Shown here piece by piece: positions 30,735-42,921 of a stretch of DNA of 64,000 nt. Position numbers and translations under genes: made by a program. The DNA comes from Piromyces finnis finn. Lineage: Eukaryota > Fungi > Neocallimastigomycota. The first letter of the stretch is position 1, and the number at the start of each line of letters is the position of its first letter. Under the pieces are notes generated by a model. It was not told where the DNA came from. It saw nothing but the letters and a program-made list of their open reading frames with translations, and did not search any database. The stretch is from the NCBI GenBank assembly GCA_002104945.1, contig MCFH01000086.1, positions 72,113-136,112 on the forward strand, in the 5' to 3' direction.

Positions 30735-32342
30735 TTATTTGTTAATGTAACCAAAGTTTTCTAAGTCTTTTGTTATAATATTTAATTTAACTTTAACAGT
30801 TCCTTGACTTTTTACCCTAGTTACTTTTGACAATAATCATAATTATTAAAGAAAAATATATTAAAATCTAGAAAAAAAGTTTTTTTTTTTACTATTTAAG
30901 TATATTTTATTTAATAAAATTAAAATATTTTAATATATAAGTTCATATACCTTCTCTTCCTTCATTTTTAACAACAAAACGAGAATCCAAAAATTCTGGC
31001 AATTTACCAGCCAATACAGCAATAAAACCATTTAATGGTACAGAGGCAACTGGAATAAATGTTGGTACAAATTTTTCATATCTATATATCATTAAATAAT
31101 AATTTAATGATTAGAATCATATTTTAAATATATATAGAAAAAAAAAACATTCATTTTTAATATAAAAACCAAAATAAATTAATATTTATTTTATTTTTAA
31201 AAAATTCTATTTTTAAAAAATAATACATAATATCAAAATGTATTAATATTAATATTTTAATATCTTACTGTCCACTACTAAGAGGTAGTCTTAAAGATCC
31301 ATAACCTCTAATAACATCACGACCAAAACTGTCTAAACCATAGACATTAAATACAATTTGTGGCCAACCTTAATATATATATTGATAATAATATATTTTA
31401 TAAGTATTCAAAGTAAATTATTATAGTTAATTTTAATTATCATTTCATTAAATGAAAATTGAAAAGTAAAATAAATATATTATATATTAATAAAAAATTA
31501 ATTCATATATAAATAATAGATATTTTATAATAATACCATAAGCATTTGTTGATTTAAAAGCAATTTCTAATGGGAAATTCCAAACACATACACGACCTGG
31601 AGGAATATCTTTAGTTGAAGAAGTTGAAGCTGAAAATGTTATACTAGTAGATGCCTTTCCAAGCTGAGTAATACCTTCTTCTACTCCCTTATGATTAAAT
31701 AATACATTAACATTTTATATTAAAATAAAAAAAAGAGACATAGTACATAAAATATCAAAATAATACTTATTAATACATTAAATTATCTAAAAATATATAT
31801 TTTATATATATAGCATAATTTTTGACACTTACAGAGATGACAGTCCAGTCAGATCCATAAACTACTGAATATTTGCAATATAGATTATCATATTCAGGAA
31901 ACTTTTTTTGAAAAATAAAAAACATAAAAAATAATAAAATATATATGATTTTTAATAATATTTTAATTTTTATAGTCAGATTAATAATGCTAGAAAATAA
32001 AATATCTTTCGTAATATTTTATTATTATTAAAAAAGAAAGTGATGTTTTAAAATTGTATTAATATAATTTTATTATATCTCAATTTTTTATTCAAATAAT
32101 GATGTAATAAGAGTTTTATAAACTTAATTTTCATATATCCAATCCTAATATTTTCATTTTTATAATTATTTAATAACTGTTTCTTGCATGTTTTTTTGTT
32201 TTATTTTTGTTCTTATTTATAATACACTTTTCCTTTATTTCTTTATTTTAAATTTAATATATAATATATATAATAAAAAAAAGTATCATACATAAGCAGA
32301 TTCAATTTGAGCTAAACAAGCTAATGAAAAATAAGAAGACAT
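30735..32342 (-). CDS. B9D1: B9 domain-containing protein 1 (MKS transition-zone complex), 196 aa, 6 exons; absent from the ORF track
   Basis: Exons 32342-32292, 31901-31833, 31687-31537, 31368-31269, 31081-30951, 30823-30735 total 591 nt in frame: [88 protein letters not shown], matching B9D1 as I recall it. Confidence 0.92.
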
Positions 32343-33594
32343 ACTGATATAATAATAAATTATATTTAGAAAACAAGTCTGACTTCCAATAACTTCCTTT
32401 TATTTTTATTAAATATTTTCTATATTTTTCTATAATATTTTCCTTTTTTTTCTGTATTCCAATTATGTTTTCTTTTTTTTAATATAATCCTTATTGATTT
32501 TAATTTTTTGCTTTGTTTTTTATTGAGACTTTAATCAATTATCTAAATTTGTAAAACCAATATAGAAATATAATAAGGTGGTAATTTATATTAAAATGAG
32601 TAATACAAAATAAATATTTTGCGTTTAATTATCCTGTTAATAATACTTCTTTAATTTCTCAATATGTTAAATAAAGTTGTATAAGTTACTTTTTTTCTAA
32701 AATTGTTTATATATGGAATTGAACACTATATATATTTATTCAAATATTATATTGAAAATAAATTTCTTCAAAATGGTATATATTTCTATATTATTAATTG
32801 TCTATAATTTTAATTGTGTTATAATTTATAAAGATTTTTCAATTATATTATTTATTTAAAATATAAATTACTTTTTTATTACAAAAATTATTTTTATATT
32901 CAAATTATATTGAATATCATTGGTTAAAATAAAATTGAAATTTAAAGTTTTTAAAGTTTAATTAATTTTATTTCCTAATATGTCGATTATGTCTAATTAA
33001 ACATATATTGTTTCATCTTTGGTATTATTTCATAACCTTATAACCTTGAATAGTAATGCTTCCTTTTTTAAATACTGAGTTTTCATAACATTTTCGAAAT
33101 AAAAAATGTTCTTATAATATGTTTTATTTCACTATTTTTATTTTTTCAATCTAAATATTTAATTTTATTTTTTATGTAAAAAAAAAATTAAAAATGTTGA
33201 TATCATATGATGATATGTTACACAAATAGTTATTTATGATATTTTTACATATAAAAATACAAATTTCATAATACTTATTTAATGTATTAATTATTAATCG
33301 GAGTTGTAATTAATTACATATATTATATAGATTATATCCTTAATATTTATTAGATTAAGAATAGAATGTATTAAAAAGCCTCTGTCTTAATATTTTTTAT
33401 TTAATATAAATTAAACTTTTCAAGGAAATAAAAATAAAATAAAAAATAAAAAAAAAAATAATGAAAAAAAAACCTATATTTCATTTCTTGTTAATTATAA
33501 TATTAAAAACTAAAAATTTTATACAAACATAAATTATTTTTCGCAACATCTATTAACACAGGAAATAAAACAGAAAAACCAAACGTAATACAAA

Positions 33595-34677
33595 ATGGAT
33601 ATTTATAATAAAAAAAAATATATTGGTAAATTAAAAAAAGTAAAGATATATGAACCTCCAGAACCAATAGAACGTCGTGAACATGGAATGGATGATGTTC
33701 AAGTCAATGGTACTTTACTATGTGAAGAAAAGCAAAGAAAATTAATGAATAATATGGTATACATTAAAATTGAAAATAATATATTTTAATAAATATATAT
33801 ATGGTTTTAAAGAGTATTCTATTTCATTTATAGAATGTATAATTCCCTGTATATATATTTTATTATATATTCATATTTACATATTTTTCTTTCTTTATAA
33901 TGCATGGATAGAATAATATAAGAATATCAAATGAAAAATATTTAAGAGAACATCCAGAAATTAATGATATCATAGGCTACTGTAAGAATTAATTATATAT
34001 AATTAATTTACTATATTCACTAAAAATAATACTATTAATGTAGACAGTAAACCTATCATCTAATATTCCATTTAAATTTTTAATTATAATTAAAACTTGG
34101 AATTATAACTTAAAATTGTTAAAATTGGAAAACTTCATTTCTTTATTTTATATATTAAATAATAATAATAATAATAACAATAATAAATGCTATTCTATTC
34201 AATTATTTATATATAAAACTCGAAATCCTTCATAATCACAACTACTCTTATTTTTCCAACTTAAATGAAAACGAAGTTATTTCGAACGTACTAAAAAATA
34301 AGCCGAAGGATATAGATGAATATGCCTCTGGTATATTAATAATATATCTATTTTTTTTTTTGTTTTTGAATAATATAATTCTAACGAATTAATTATATCA
34401 TTTATTATTGTTTTATATATATATATTTTTTATTATATAATTTATTTATCCATATGGATTCTTTCACATATATTTATAATACATAAACCCATAATTATTA
34501 TTTTTTTTAAAAAAAAAATACAAAATGAAAATATTCAAATTCAAATTAAATTTTTCTTACTTTAAATGGTTACAATATTATTAAATTGTAGAATTACTAT
34601 CAAGTGATACTTTACAAAATGATGTTGCTAAATATAAAGAAGAATATTTAGAAATTAAAGAATTAAATAAAAAATAA
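33595..34677 (+). CDS. RIIAD1: Small RIIa dimerisation/docking-domain protein, RIIAD1-like, 123 aa, 4 exons
   Basis: Exons 33595-33756, 33912-33981, 34277-34330, 34592-34677 total 372 nt in frame. IRISNEKYLREHPEINDIIGYFISNVLKNKPKDIDEYASELL resembles RIIAD1 (TRIxNEKYLRxHxEV..F..EIFLKRPDNILEFAADYF) from memory. Confidence 0.72.
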
Positions 34678-34839
34678 ATATAACAAATGTATATTAATTA
34701 ATGCCAATTTTTTTTTTTTACTTTTTTTCTTATGTATTATTATTACATGCCTTCTATTAAATGAAAAAAAAAATAAAAAAAACTATCAAATTCTAAATCT
34801 TCACTATATTCCATTTAATTCATGTTTTTCATCATTAAT

Positions 34840-35037
34840 ATTAGTATTAGTATTAGTATTAGTATTAGTATTAGTATTAGTATTAGTATTAGTATTAGTA
34901 TTAGTATTAGTATTAGTATTAGTATTAGTATTAGTATTAGTATTAGTATTAGTATTAGTATTAGTATTAGTATTAGTATTAGTATTAGTATTAGTATTAG
35001 TATTAGTATTAGTATTAGTATTAGTATTAGTATTAGT
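34840..35037. repeat. Perfect hexanucleotide microsatellite (ATTAGT)33
   Basis: 198 bp of uninterrupted ATTAGT, lying between the convergent RIIAD1-like and cyclin stop codons. Confidence 0.97.
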
Positions 35038-36091
35038 ATTATTATGTATTATGTGAAATTATGTGTTACTTTATTATGATGTATTATTTTAAATCAAATA
35101 ATTTTAAATTAAAATTATATATATTAATTATATATGAAAAAAGGGGGAAAAAAAGTTAAAAAAAAACAGAAAAATGCAAATAAAAGTATATACAAAATCT
35201 TGATAAATTATCTTAATGCTCTATTTTACTTCTTTACTAATAATAACAATGATAACAGTTTTAATATTTATTATAGTATTTGAGTTAAAAGTAGAATTTA
35301 TATGACGAATTATTAATATTTAACAACAAAACATTAATAAGTAATTTTGTATTATATTGTAAATAAATTTTCATTATTAATTGGTTATTAAATGTCACTA
35401 CATTTATTTTGTATCTTTAATAACCAAGAAAAAAAAAAATTGAAATCAATGAATTTGATTGTTAGATTACAATAATAAAATATATTGTATTTGAATAATG
35501 TAAAATTAAAATTATTTTTAATGTTCATTCATATTGTTGTCATATTTAAAAACTTGCTTTCTTTGATAAATATTTATTTTTATTTTATTGTAATAATAAA
35601 TTTTATAACATACATTTTATTATAGTAACATTTAATTAACCTCACATTAATTAATTGCTACATTTTAGGGTATATGAAAATAAATAATAAATATTTTAAT
35701 ATAATATTAAACTATTACAACTACTTTGCTTATTTGTTTATCTATAAAAATAAAACTATAAAAAGAGAATAAAAATAAAATTATAATATTAAAATATTGG
35801 TATAAATCAAAATATTAATATAAAAGGTAGAAATAAATTTGTTTTGTTTGACGAGATAATTGGTATTAAAGTAATGTTTCAATATTATGAAGAAATATTA
35901 AATCATTAACCCTTATAATTGAAAAAAGAAAATAAAAAGTAAAAATTATAAATTAAAAAAATAGTATTATAATAATTATTAAATGAATAATATATTCATT
36001 TAATTTTTCATTTTTTGTCTTTCTTAAAATCTAATATTAAACATTTTTATATTAACCAAAATTTACTAATTTCAAATTATACTTTACTTTT

Positions 36092-37912
36092 TTATACGAT
36101 AAGATCTTCAGCCTTATCAATATTTCTTTTTAACCACTGACGTGCAAATAAACTAACTTTTCCAAATTTAGGAAGAGCATATTTATCTAACACACTTCTA
36201 TTCCATTTTTTTGGAGGAGAAGCAAGTGACTGTATCAATAAACTAACGCATTCTTTTAATTCATCTTCATGATAACCAGAGTAGTGTCTTAAATTTGGTG
36301 TCTAAATATTAAATTAAATAAAATTTAATAAATTTAATTTAAAAAAGAAATTGTGCCTATACTAATAATTACCCATTCCTGTCTATCTAGCATTATTCTT
36401 GACAAATACATAGAAGCAGCAGTAATTTTTGATGGCAAATAATTTAAGAATTTATTATTTAATAAAGATAACTCCATAAAAAATTTAGATAAAGTTCTTC
36501 CAAACATTTCATAATCATCTGCTTTAGATATTCTACGCAAAAAATTTAAAGGACTTGGATAATTAAGATCAAATTCCAATTCTCTCAAGATACAACGTTC
36601 TACTATAAATACTTCTTCAGGGGTATTACAATTATTTGCAGCTTTAAGAACTTGTTCAACAGAAGGAACAATAATTTCTTCATATTTAGCAGCAATAAAT
36701 AATGCAGCAATACCTACTAATGGAAGATGAGCACTTGGAACAAGACGAACAGATAAAAATCTATCAACAATATTTATAGTAAGATAGAGTGTTTCTAAAC
36801 AAAATTTAAAAGCATAATGAAGTTGAATAATCCAATCAACTAAAGATGTTCTCATCTTCCATGAAAGTTCTTTATTTATATTTTCTATATAATCAGGATC
36901 TGGCTTAGTAGTTAACTAAAAAAAACATAATAAAATTTATTAATACTATGAAATATAATTATTGTATAAACATAAATTAATTTTAAAACAAAAAATACTA
37001 ACTTCTTTTTCTCTTAAATAGACAAAAATATCATTAACATATTCAGAAACCATTATTGGATCAAATTCATCTTCGGCATCTAAATCATCCCAATCTTCTT
37101 TTGCTTTTTCTGGATATTCTTCTTCAACTTCATTATTATTACTATCAGCTTCTTCTCTTGCTTTAGCTTTCTCAATTTCTTCTTCAAAAATTGACTTTCT
37201 TCTTTCTATGGTTTCATTTTCTTCCTTTATTTCGGTTTCCTTATTTTCATTTTCAAGTTTTTTATTTTCGTCCTCTTTATTTTTAGATGACTTACTTTCA
37301 GGTGCTTCTTGACTTGATTTAATAGTGGTTTTATCAATACTACTAGTGATTTCAGCTAAGCTATCCTCATTGGTATCGTTATTAACGGCTTTTTCAGATG
37401 TAACCTTGGATAAAGATAAATTATCTTTGTTGTTGTTATCATTATTTTTTTCAATTTTAATATTTTTCATGATTACATTATCATTTGAATTTTCAACATC
37501 ATATTTATTGCCACTTAATCTTATTCTTTTTGCACGTGGTAACTGTTTTTGCTCTTGATGCTTTAATACTTGTTTTAAATTAGCACGTCCTTGGCATATA
37601 TTCTAATAAAATAATAATTATTATTAATATCAATATAAAAATTTACAATTACTATTCTTTTAAATAGCATTATATCATACTTGATTTGAGGTTACATCGG
37701 TTAAAACACCTCTGTTTCTTTTTCTTGAAACTTCTTTTCCTTGATTAAATTTTCCTTCCAAAACATTCTTTTTAATGTTCTCGTTGGTAATCTGTTGTAA
37801 AGCCTATTAATAATTATAAATAGTAAATTATAAAATAATAAGAATTATTTTTCTCATTAATACTTTAATAAATTTACTTTATTTTTTATTCTTTTTTTAC
37901 ATTTAAATCCAT
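36092..37912 (-). CDS. CLB/cdc13: B-type (G2/M) cyclin; multi-exon
   Basis: D-box-like RGVLTDVTSN; WDDLDAEDEFDPIMVSEYVNDIFVYLREKE; cyclin box MRTSLVDWIIQLH..ETLYLTINIVDRFLS, LVGIAALFIAAKYEEI, YPSPLNFLRRISKADDY; final exon TPNLRHYSGY..DKYA. Confidence 0.93.
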
Positions 37913-40145
37913 GATGAATAATTAAGAAATTTAAATTGTATTATAATGTGTTTAAAAGCAGTTTTAATTATCTAGAAAATTTTGTTTTATTACTAACAAC
38001 AAAAATATCTTAAAATTATTTCACTATATTTTTTAAATAGTTTTAATAAAATATATATATAAATAAATAATATAAATAATAAAATAATATAGAAAGTATT
38101 TTTCTTTTACAATAAAGCAAAAATATATTAATATAAAATTTTAATTTTTTTTTAAAAAATAAAAAATAAATTTTTTAAATTAATAATAAAGAATTCAAGC
38201 TCAATTAGTTTTTATAGTAATACATTAAAGTATTGATATTAGTTTTTCTTAATCTATTTTTATAAAATATTGAAATACTTCGATATTAATATAAATAGTC
38301 TATATTAATTAATTAATTAATCTATTAAGTGTTACTATTACTCGAATTATCAATTTTATTTAAAATAATATTACGTTTTGAAAATTGTTTTATTATTATT
38401 ATCGATTTATTTCATTACGCTTAAAAATTTTAACAAATTTCTATTTTGAATTATACAATCTTTATATTATTCAAAATTATAGCAATTTAAAATGATTTAA
38501 ATATAATTTATTGGAAAATTATAATTTTTTAATAGTAAAAAAAAGAAAAATTATATTATATATAATTATGTAGTTTTTGTAACAAAAATAAATAAAGTTA
38601 TTATATTTTTAAATTTATTTTTAAAAATTTGATCAACCCTTTTTGTATATTCAATATTTTATATTATATATTTAGAAAATAGTCATTGTATTACTCAATT
38701 ACTACTAATTAGCATGAAATTATTCTTTTGTATGTGCAAAAAAAAAAAAAAAAGTTTAGAAATATATATAAACATTTATATGTTGATAGTAATATATTAA
38801 AATAAATAAATTGCTCATTTATTAATTTTATTTTATAAATCAAATTAATATATAGAGAAAATAAATTAAAAAAATATCTACAAATAATATTAGAGATAAT
38901 ATTTATATTGAATTTTTTGAACTATACATAAAGAAATAAAAATATAAAAATGTTTTTCAATAATAAGAAACTTAAAAATTATATTTTATTATATTATTAC
39001 TATTACTAATATGTTATATATATAACATATAAAAATATTTTACTCTATAAAAAAATAATAAACTATTTAGTTCTTACCTTTTGTTTTATTTTAATATATT
39101 ATCTTTTTTTTAATTTCTTTAAAATGTAATAATGTATTTCAATATTCTATTCCTTATATAAATAATAAACTATTGCAAACTTTATTAAAAAACAATTTGT
39201 TGAATCATTTTATTTCATCACTTCATTCATCACTAAAATTTAATATATATTTATTCTCAACCAATATTTGAATAATAAATATATACAATATAAAAATAGT
39301 TTACTTGTTCATATATTCATATTTATTTTTGAATATATATATTACAGTATAGAAATTAAATATTAAGTTTGATTTTATTTACTATATATAAACTTTAAAT
39401 ATTATTTATTTTAAAAAAAAAAAAAAAAAGAATTGGCCCTTAAAATCCAAAATTGTGAATAATACATTAAGTATGAAATAAAATATTAAGGATCGTACAT
39501 TTTTGTAATGTAAGAGAAGACAACAAAATTTTTAAAAAAAAAAAAATCAAAAAAATTTTAATATAACTTAATATATTATAATATTATGCCTAATCTTTAC
39601 TAAAAAAGAATAGTACAAAAAAAAAGGGAAAACAAAAATTATTAATGCAAAAATTATTAATACAAAAATATTTAATTATTATAATAAAAGCAACTAGAAT
39701 CATAATATTTAATGTTATAATTACTATGATAACTTAATTAAAAAAATATACATTAATTATTAAAACATTAATAAATAATTGTATAATAATACTTTATTTA
39801 TCTAGGACATGGTCATTTCACATGATCTAAACAAAAACAATTGATTCAATTTATGATTTGCATTATTAATATTAAATCAATTTTTATAATATATTATGTG
39901 ATATTACATAAGTATTTATATTAAAATTTCTAACATTATTTATCCACAAATAAAATTATTCATTTATATATTTTGATTTTTTAATATGATATTAATAAGT
40001 TTCATTTTAAAGATAAGTTGACTTATATAGCTTAATCATTTTATACCTATAATAAAAACATATATTCATGTATTAAATGTGTCTTAAATGTAATGTCTAT
40101 AGCTATTTTTTATTTATTTTATTTTATTTTTATAGTCACTTGATC

Positions 40146-40568
40146 TGATATATGATATAGGTTATTTTTATGTAGAAAGAATTTAACTTTAGATAAATAT
40201 ATAATTTCATTTATAACTTTATTAATTACGTTTCAATATTTCTATCTGTCTAAATACTAAAAAGTTATCCTGTCAGTTTTAACTATTAAAATTTAACTTA
40301 AACAAGAAGCCCTCTTTAATAATATTTATTCACTAGTTTATTTTTAATGAGGCTTACTTAATAATTAGTTGTCCAATTATAAGGCTGGAACTATATGGAT
40401 TATACATATATATTATTCTTCTATATTACATGTTCTTACATTTGTCATGAATTTTCATTTTATTCTTTTAAATTGTAGAAATAATTAATATTATAATAAA
40501 AACTATATGAATTTAATATTAACTAATAAAATTGTTCAAGTCACATATTATTTTTATGTCATATATCA
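40146..40568. mobile_element. Putative non-autonomous MITE-like insertion (423 bp, 14-bp imperfect terminal inverted repeats)
   Basis: Present in copy 1 of the duplication and replaced by about 10 bp in copy 2. Ends are TGATATATGATATA (40146-40159) and TATGTCATATATCA (40555-40568), a 13/14 inverted match. No clear target-site duplication. Confidence 0.4.
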
Positions 40569-40906
40569 TTATATAACTGTAGTATTTACAATGTAACTCC
40601 TCTTTGCTAACCTTATTAATAAAATCATTTATTAATTAAATTTATTTCAATGAAAAATCTTATAATTTACTTTTTTTAAAGTATATATTTCTTAATTTTT
40701 ATATTGAAAATATTATATATAAATTTTTAATGAATTTACATAAATAATTAATCCAATAATTTGTAAATAAAAATTTCATAATTAAATTTTATTTTTTAAA
40801 AATCATTTTCTTTACTAATCTTGTTAGTTAATCTTAAAATATCCATTATTATTGTGAACATTTATGGACACATAATTTTATTTATCTATATTATATATTT
40901 ATTACA

Positions 40907-41025
40907 CACGTGACTATTTTATAAAAACATAAACATGTATTAAAAGTGTTGTAAACGTAATGTCTACGTGTTGTAGAGAAAGTTATTTTTTATTTATTTT
41001 ATTTTATTTTTATGGTCACATGACC
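40907..41025. promoter_or_regulatory. Candidate Cbf1/USF-type E-boxes (GTCAC[A/G]TG)
   Basis: CACGTGAC at 40907-40914 and GGTCACATGACC at 41014-41025; degenerate relatives at 39818 and 40135. Motif match only. Confidence 0.25.
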
Positions 41026-41954
41026 TTACATCTCATTATATAACTGTAATATTTACAATGTAACTTTTTCTCTTTGTTAACCTTATTAATAAAATTATTT
41101 ATTAATTAAATTTATTTCACAATTATATTATTTTGATTAGTTTATATTTATTGTAAGAATAATTAATTTATTTTATATTTTATATTATGAAATTAGAAAA
41201 TACTACAATATTAATTTACATTATTACTTATATAAAAAAAGATAATGTAAAAAAAAAATTGATTTGATTAACTTTTAAGGAACAAAGTACATAAGAATTA
41301 AAATGTTTTTTTTTATACAATTCATATATATATATATATATATATTTTTAAAAAAAAAATATATGATGATGATATATACTTTATTTAACTTTTTTTTGTT
41401 ATAAAAACTTTAATACATACCATTTTAAATTTTATCAAGGTTGGTTTTTATTACTTATATATGTATATACTTTCAAAATAGAATAAAAATGAATGTTTTA
41501 TATATACATATTATTTTAAAATAAAATAAAAATGAATGTTTTATTTTTTAATGAATTTTATCATTGTATTAAATTTTATTGTTATTATCATTCTTATTTC
41601 TGATAGATTGTTTGTTTGTTTGTTTTATATTATTTTTAAGAATACAGAAACATTATAAAAAATACTTTCAAAAAAAATTATAAGGAATTTTTGGAAAAAA
41701 TATGAAGATTATATAATGTAATTTTGACATTTTTTTTTCTTCCTTATAAATTTATGAATTATTTTATTTATTAATCCATATATATATTTTGTATTATTGT
41801 TTATTTGTTTGATGTTTGATAAGTTAAATACATATATATAATAATTATTTTTAATTTTCATATTTTTCTTGAGTTTAAATAAACTATTAAGAATTTTTAT
41901 TTATAGTATGAGTTTTTTAATATTTTTTATTGGAAAGTATTTCTTGTTCACTAA

Positions 41955-42921
41955 TTAAATACTATTATCTGAAAAACGGCCACTTGAAATATGACTTTCA
42001 TAATCTGTTTCAGCCCAGTAATTTTGTCTTAAATGATCCATAAAATCTTTAAAACCTCCAATAAATCTATATTCATCTCTAGTACAACCTTTATATATAA
42101 ATGGTGAATTTGTATGAAGTTCTTTAGCATCGGGAACAAGCTTTTTTTGTAAGGAATATTAAGATTATTATTAATCAAATATATATAATAATAAAAATAA
42201 TATAAAATTTAAAATATTAATTATTAAAATATAAATATAATAAATAAAAATATAATAATAATTAATTAATAGCAATAAAAATAACAATACTTTTGTTTTT
42301 AATTTTTGTATATATACATATTATAATTAAATTTTATAAGATAAATATTAAATAATTAACATTTTATTAAAATTACTTTTTGTAATTGTTTAACACGAGC
42401 ATCCCAATCAGCTTCTGACACTGTAGATATACGAAATTGAATATTATTTTTAGACTCAGTAACAATACCTTTTGATTTAACTTGATCTAATTCTAATTGA
42501 AGATCGTTCTTCTTTTTTTCAATTTCTTCTTCAGTAAGTTTCTTTTTCCCATATTTTTTTGAATTCAATTCTTTAATTTGATTTTGAAGAGTTTCTATTT
42601 TTTTATAATATTCTTTTTCAACACTTTTATTTATATTATCAGTATAAGTTAAAAGATCTTTGGAAGCATCAACTGAAGCTCGATAAAAGGCGCATTTTAA
42701 AAAACCTTCCTATTTAGCACAAATTTAATTTATTTATAATATAATAAATTTGTTAATTAAAAATAAATTTATATATATATGTATCAATTTCTGTTGAAGA
42801 AAAAAAAAGGATATATAAATAATACTATATTATAACAAGTTCTTGGTCTTTCTCCATATTCTATGTTTTCAGAAATATATGTTGAATATGAATCTGGTGG
42901 TCTCGATAAGCTTGCTCCCAT
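41955..42921 (-). CDS. 204-aa protein resembling the glutaredoxin-like N-terminal domain of MDH1B, with a coiled-coil insertion and an N-myristoylation-type start; 3 exons
   Basis: Exons 42921-42826, 42709-42377, 42140-41955 are all phase 0 with GT-AG. Segments YNIEGFLKCAFYRAS, FRISTVSEADWDARVKQL and TNSPFIY..FIGGFKDFMDHLRQNY parallel MDH1B N-terminal IAGRADCPYYAK, FRIHKI..WEDWL and NSPIIW..LLGGYNEFLEHAQLYY as I recall them. The gene model is solid; the family call is moderate. Confidence 0.7.

Larger units (their letters stand above)
40052..41119 (+). repeat. Local direct duplication: copy 1 about 40052-40649 (interrupted), copy 2 about 40921-41119
   Basis: Block A (CATGTATTAAA..GTAATGTCTA..TATTTTTTATTTATTTTATTTTATTTTTAT-GTCAC-TGA-C) and block B (TCATTATATAACTGTA-TATTTACAATGTAACT..CTCTTTG-TAACCTTATTAATAAAAT-ATTTATTAATTAAATTTATTTC) each occur twice in the same order. 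Confidence 0.85.

Noticed and set aside
20197-33227. 11-mer GTTACACAAAT shared upstream of PLK4 (20197) and in the B9D1/RIIAD1 spacer (33217) as a possible X-box-like motif
   Set aside because: Only a half-site resemblance; a shared AT-rich 11-mer is not significant given the many possible comparisons, and I did not see it near the MDH1B-like gene.
34822-35079. 85-aa poly-(Ile-Ser) ORF
   Set aside because: Simply the translation of the stop-free (ATTAGT)n microsatellite.
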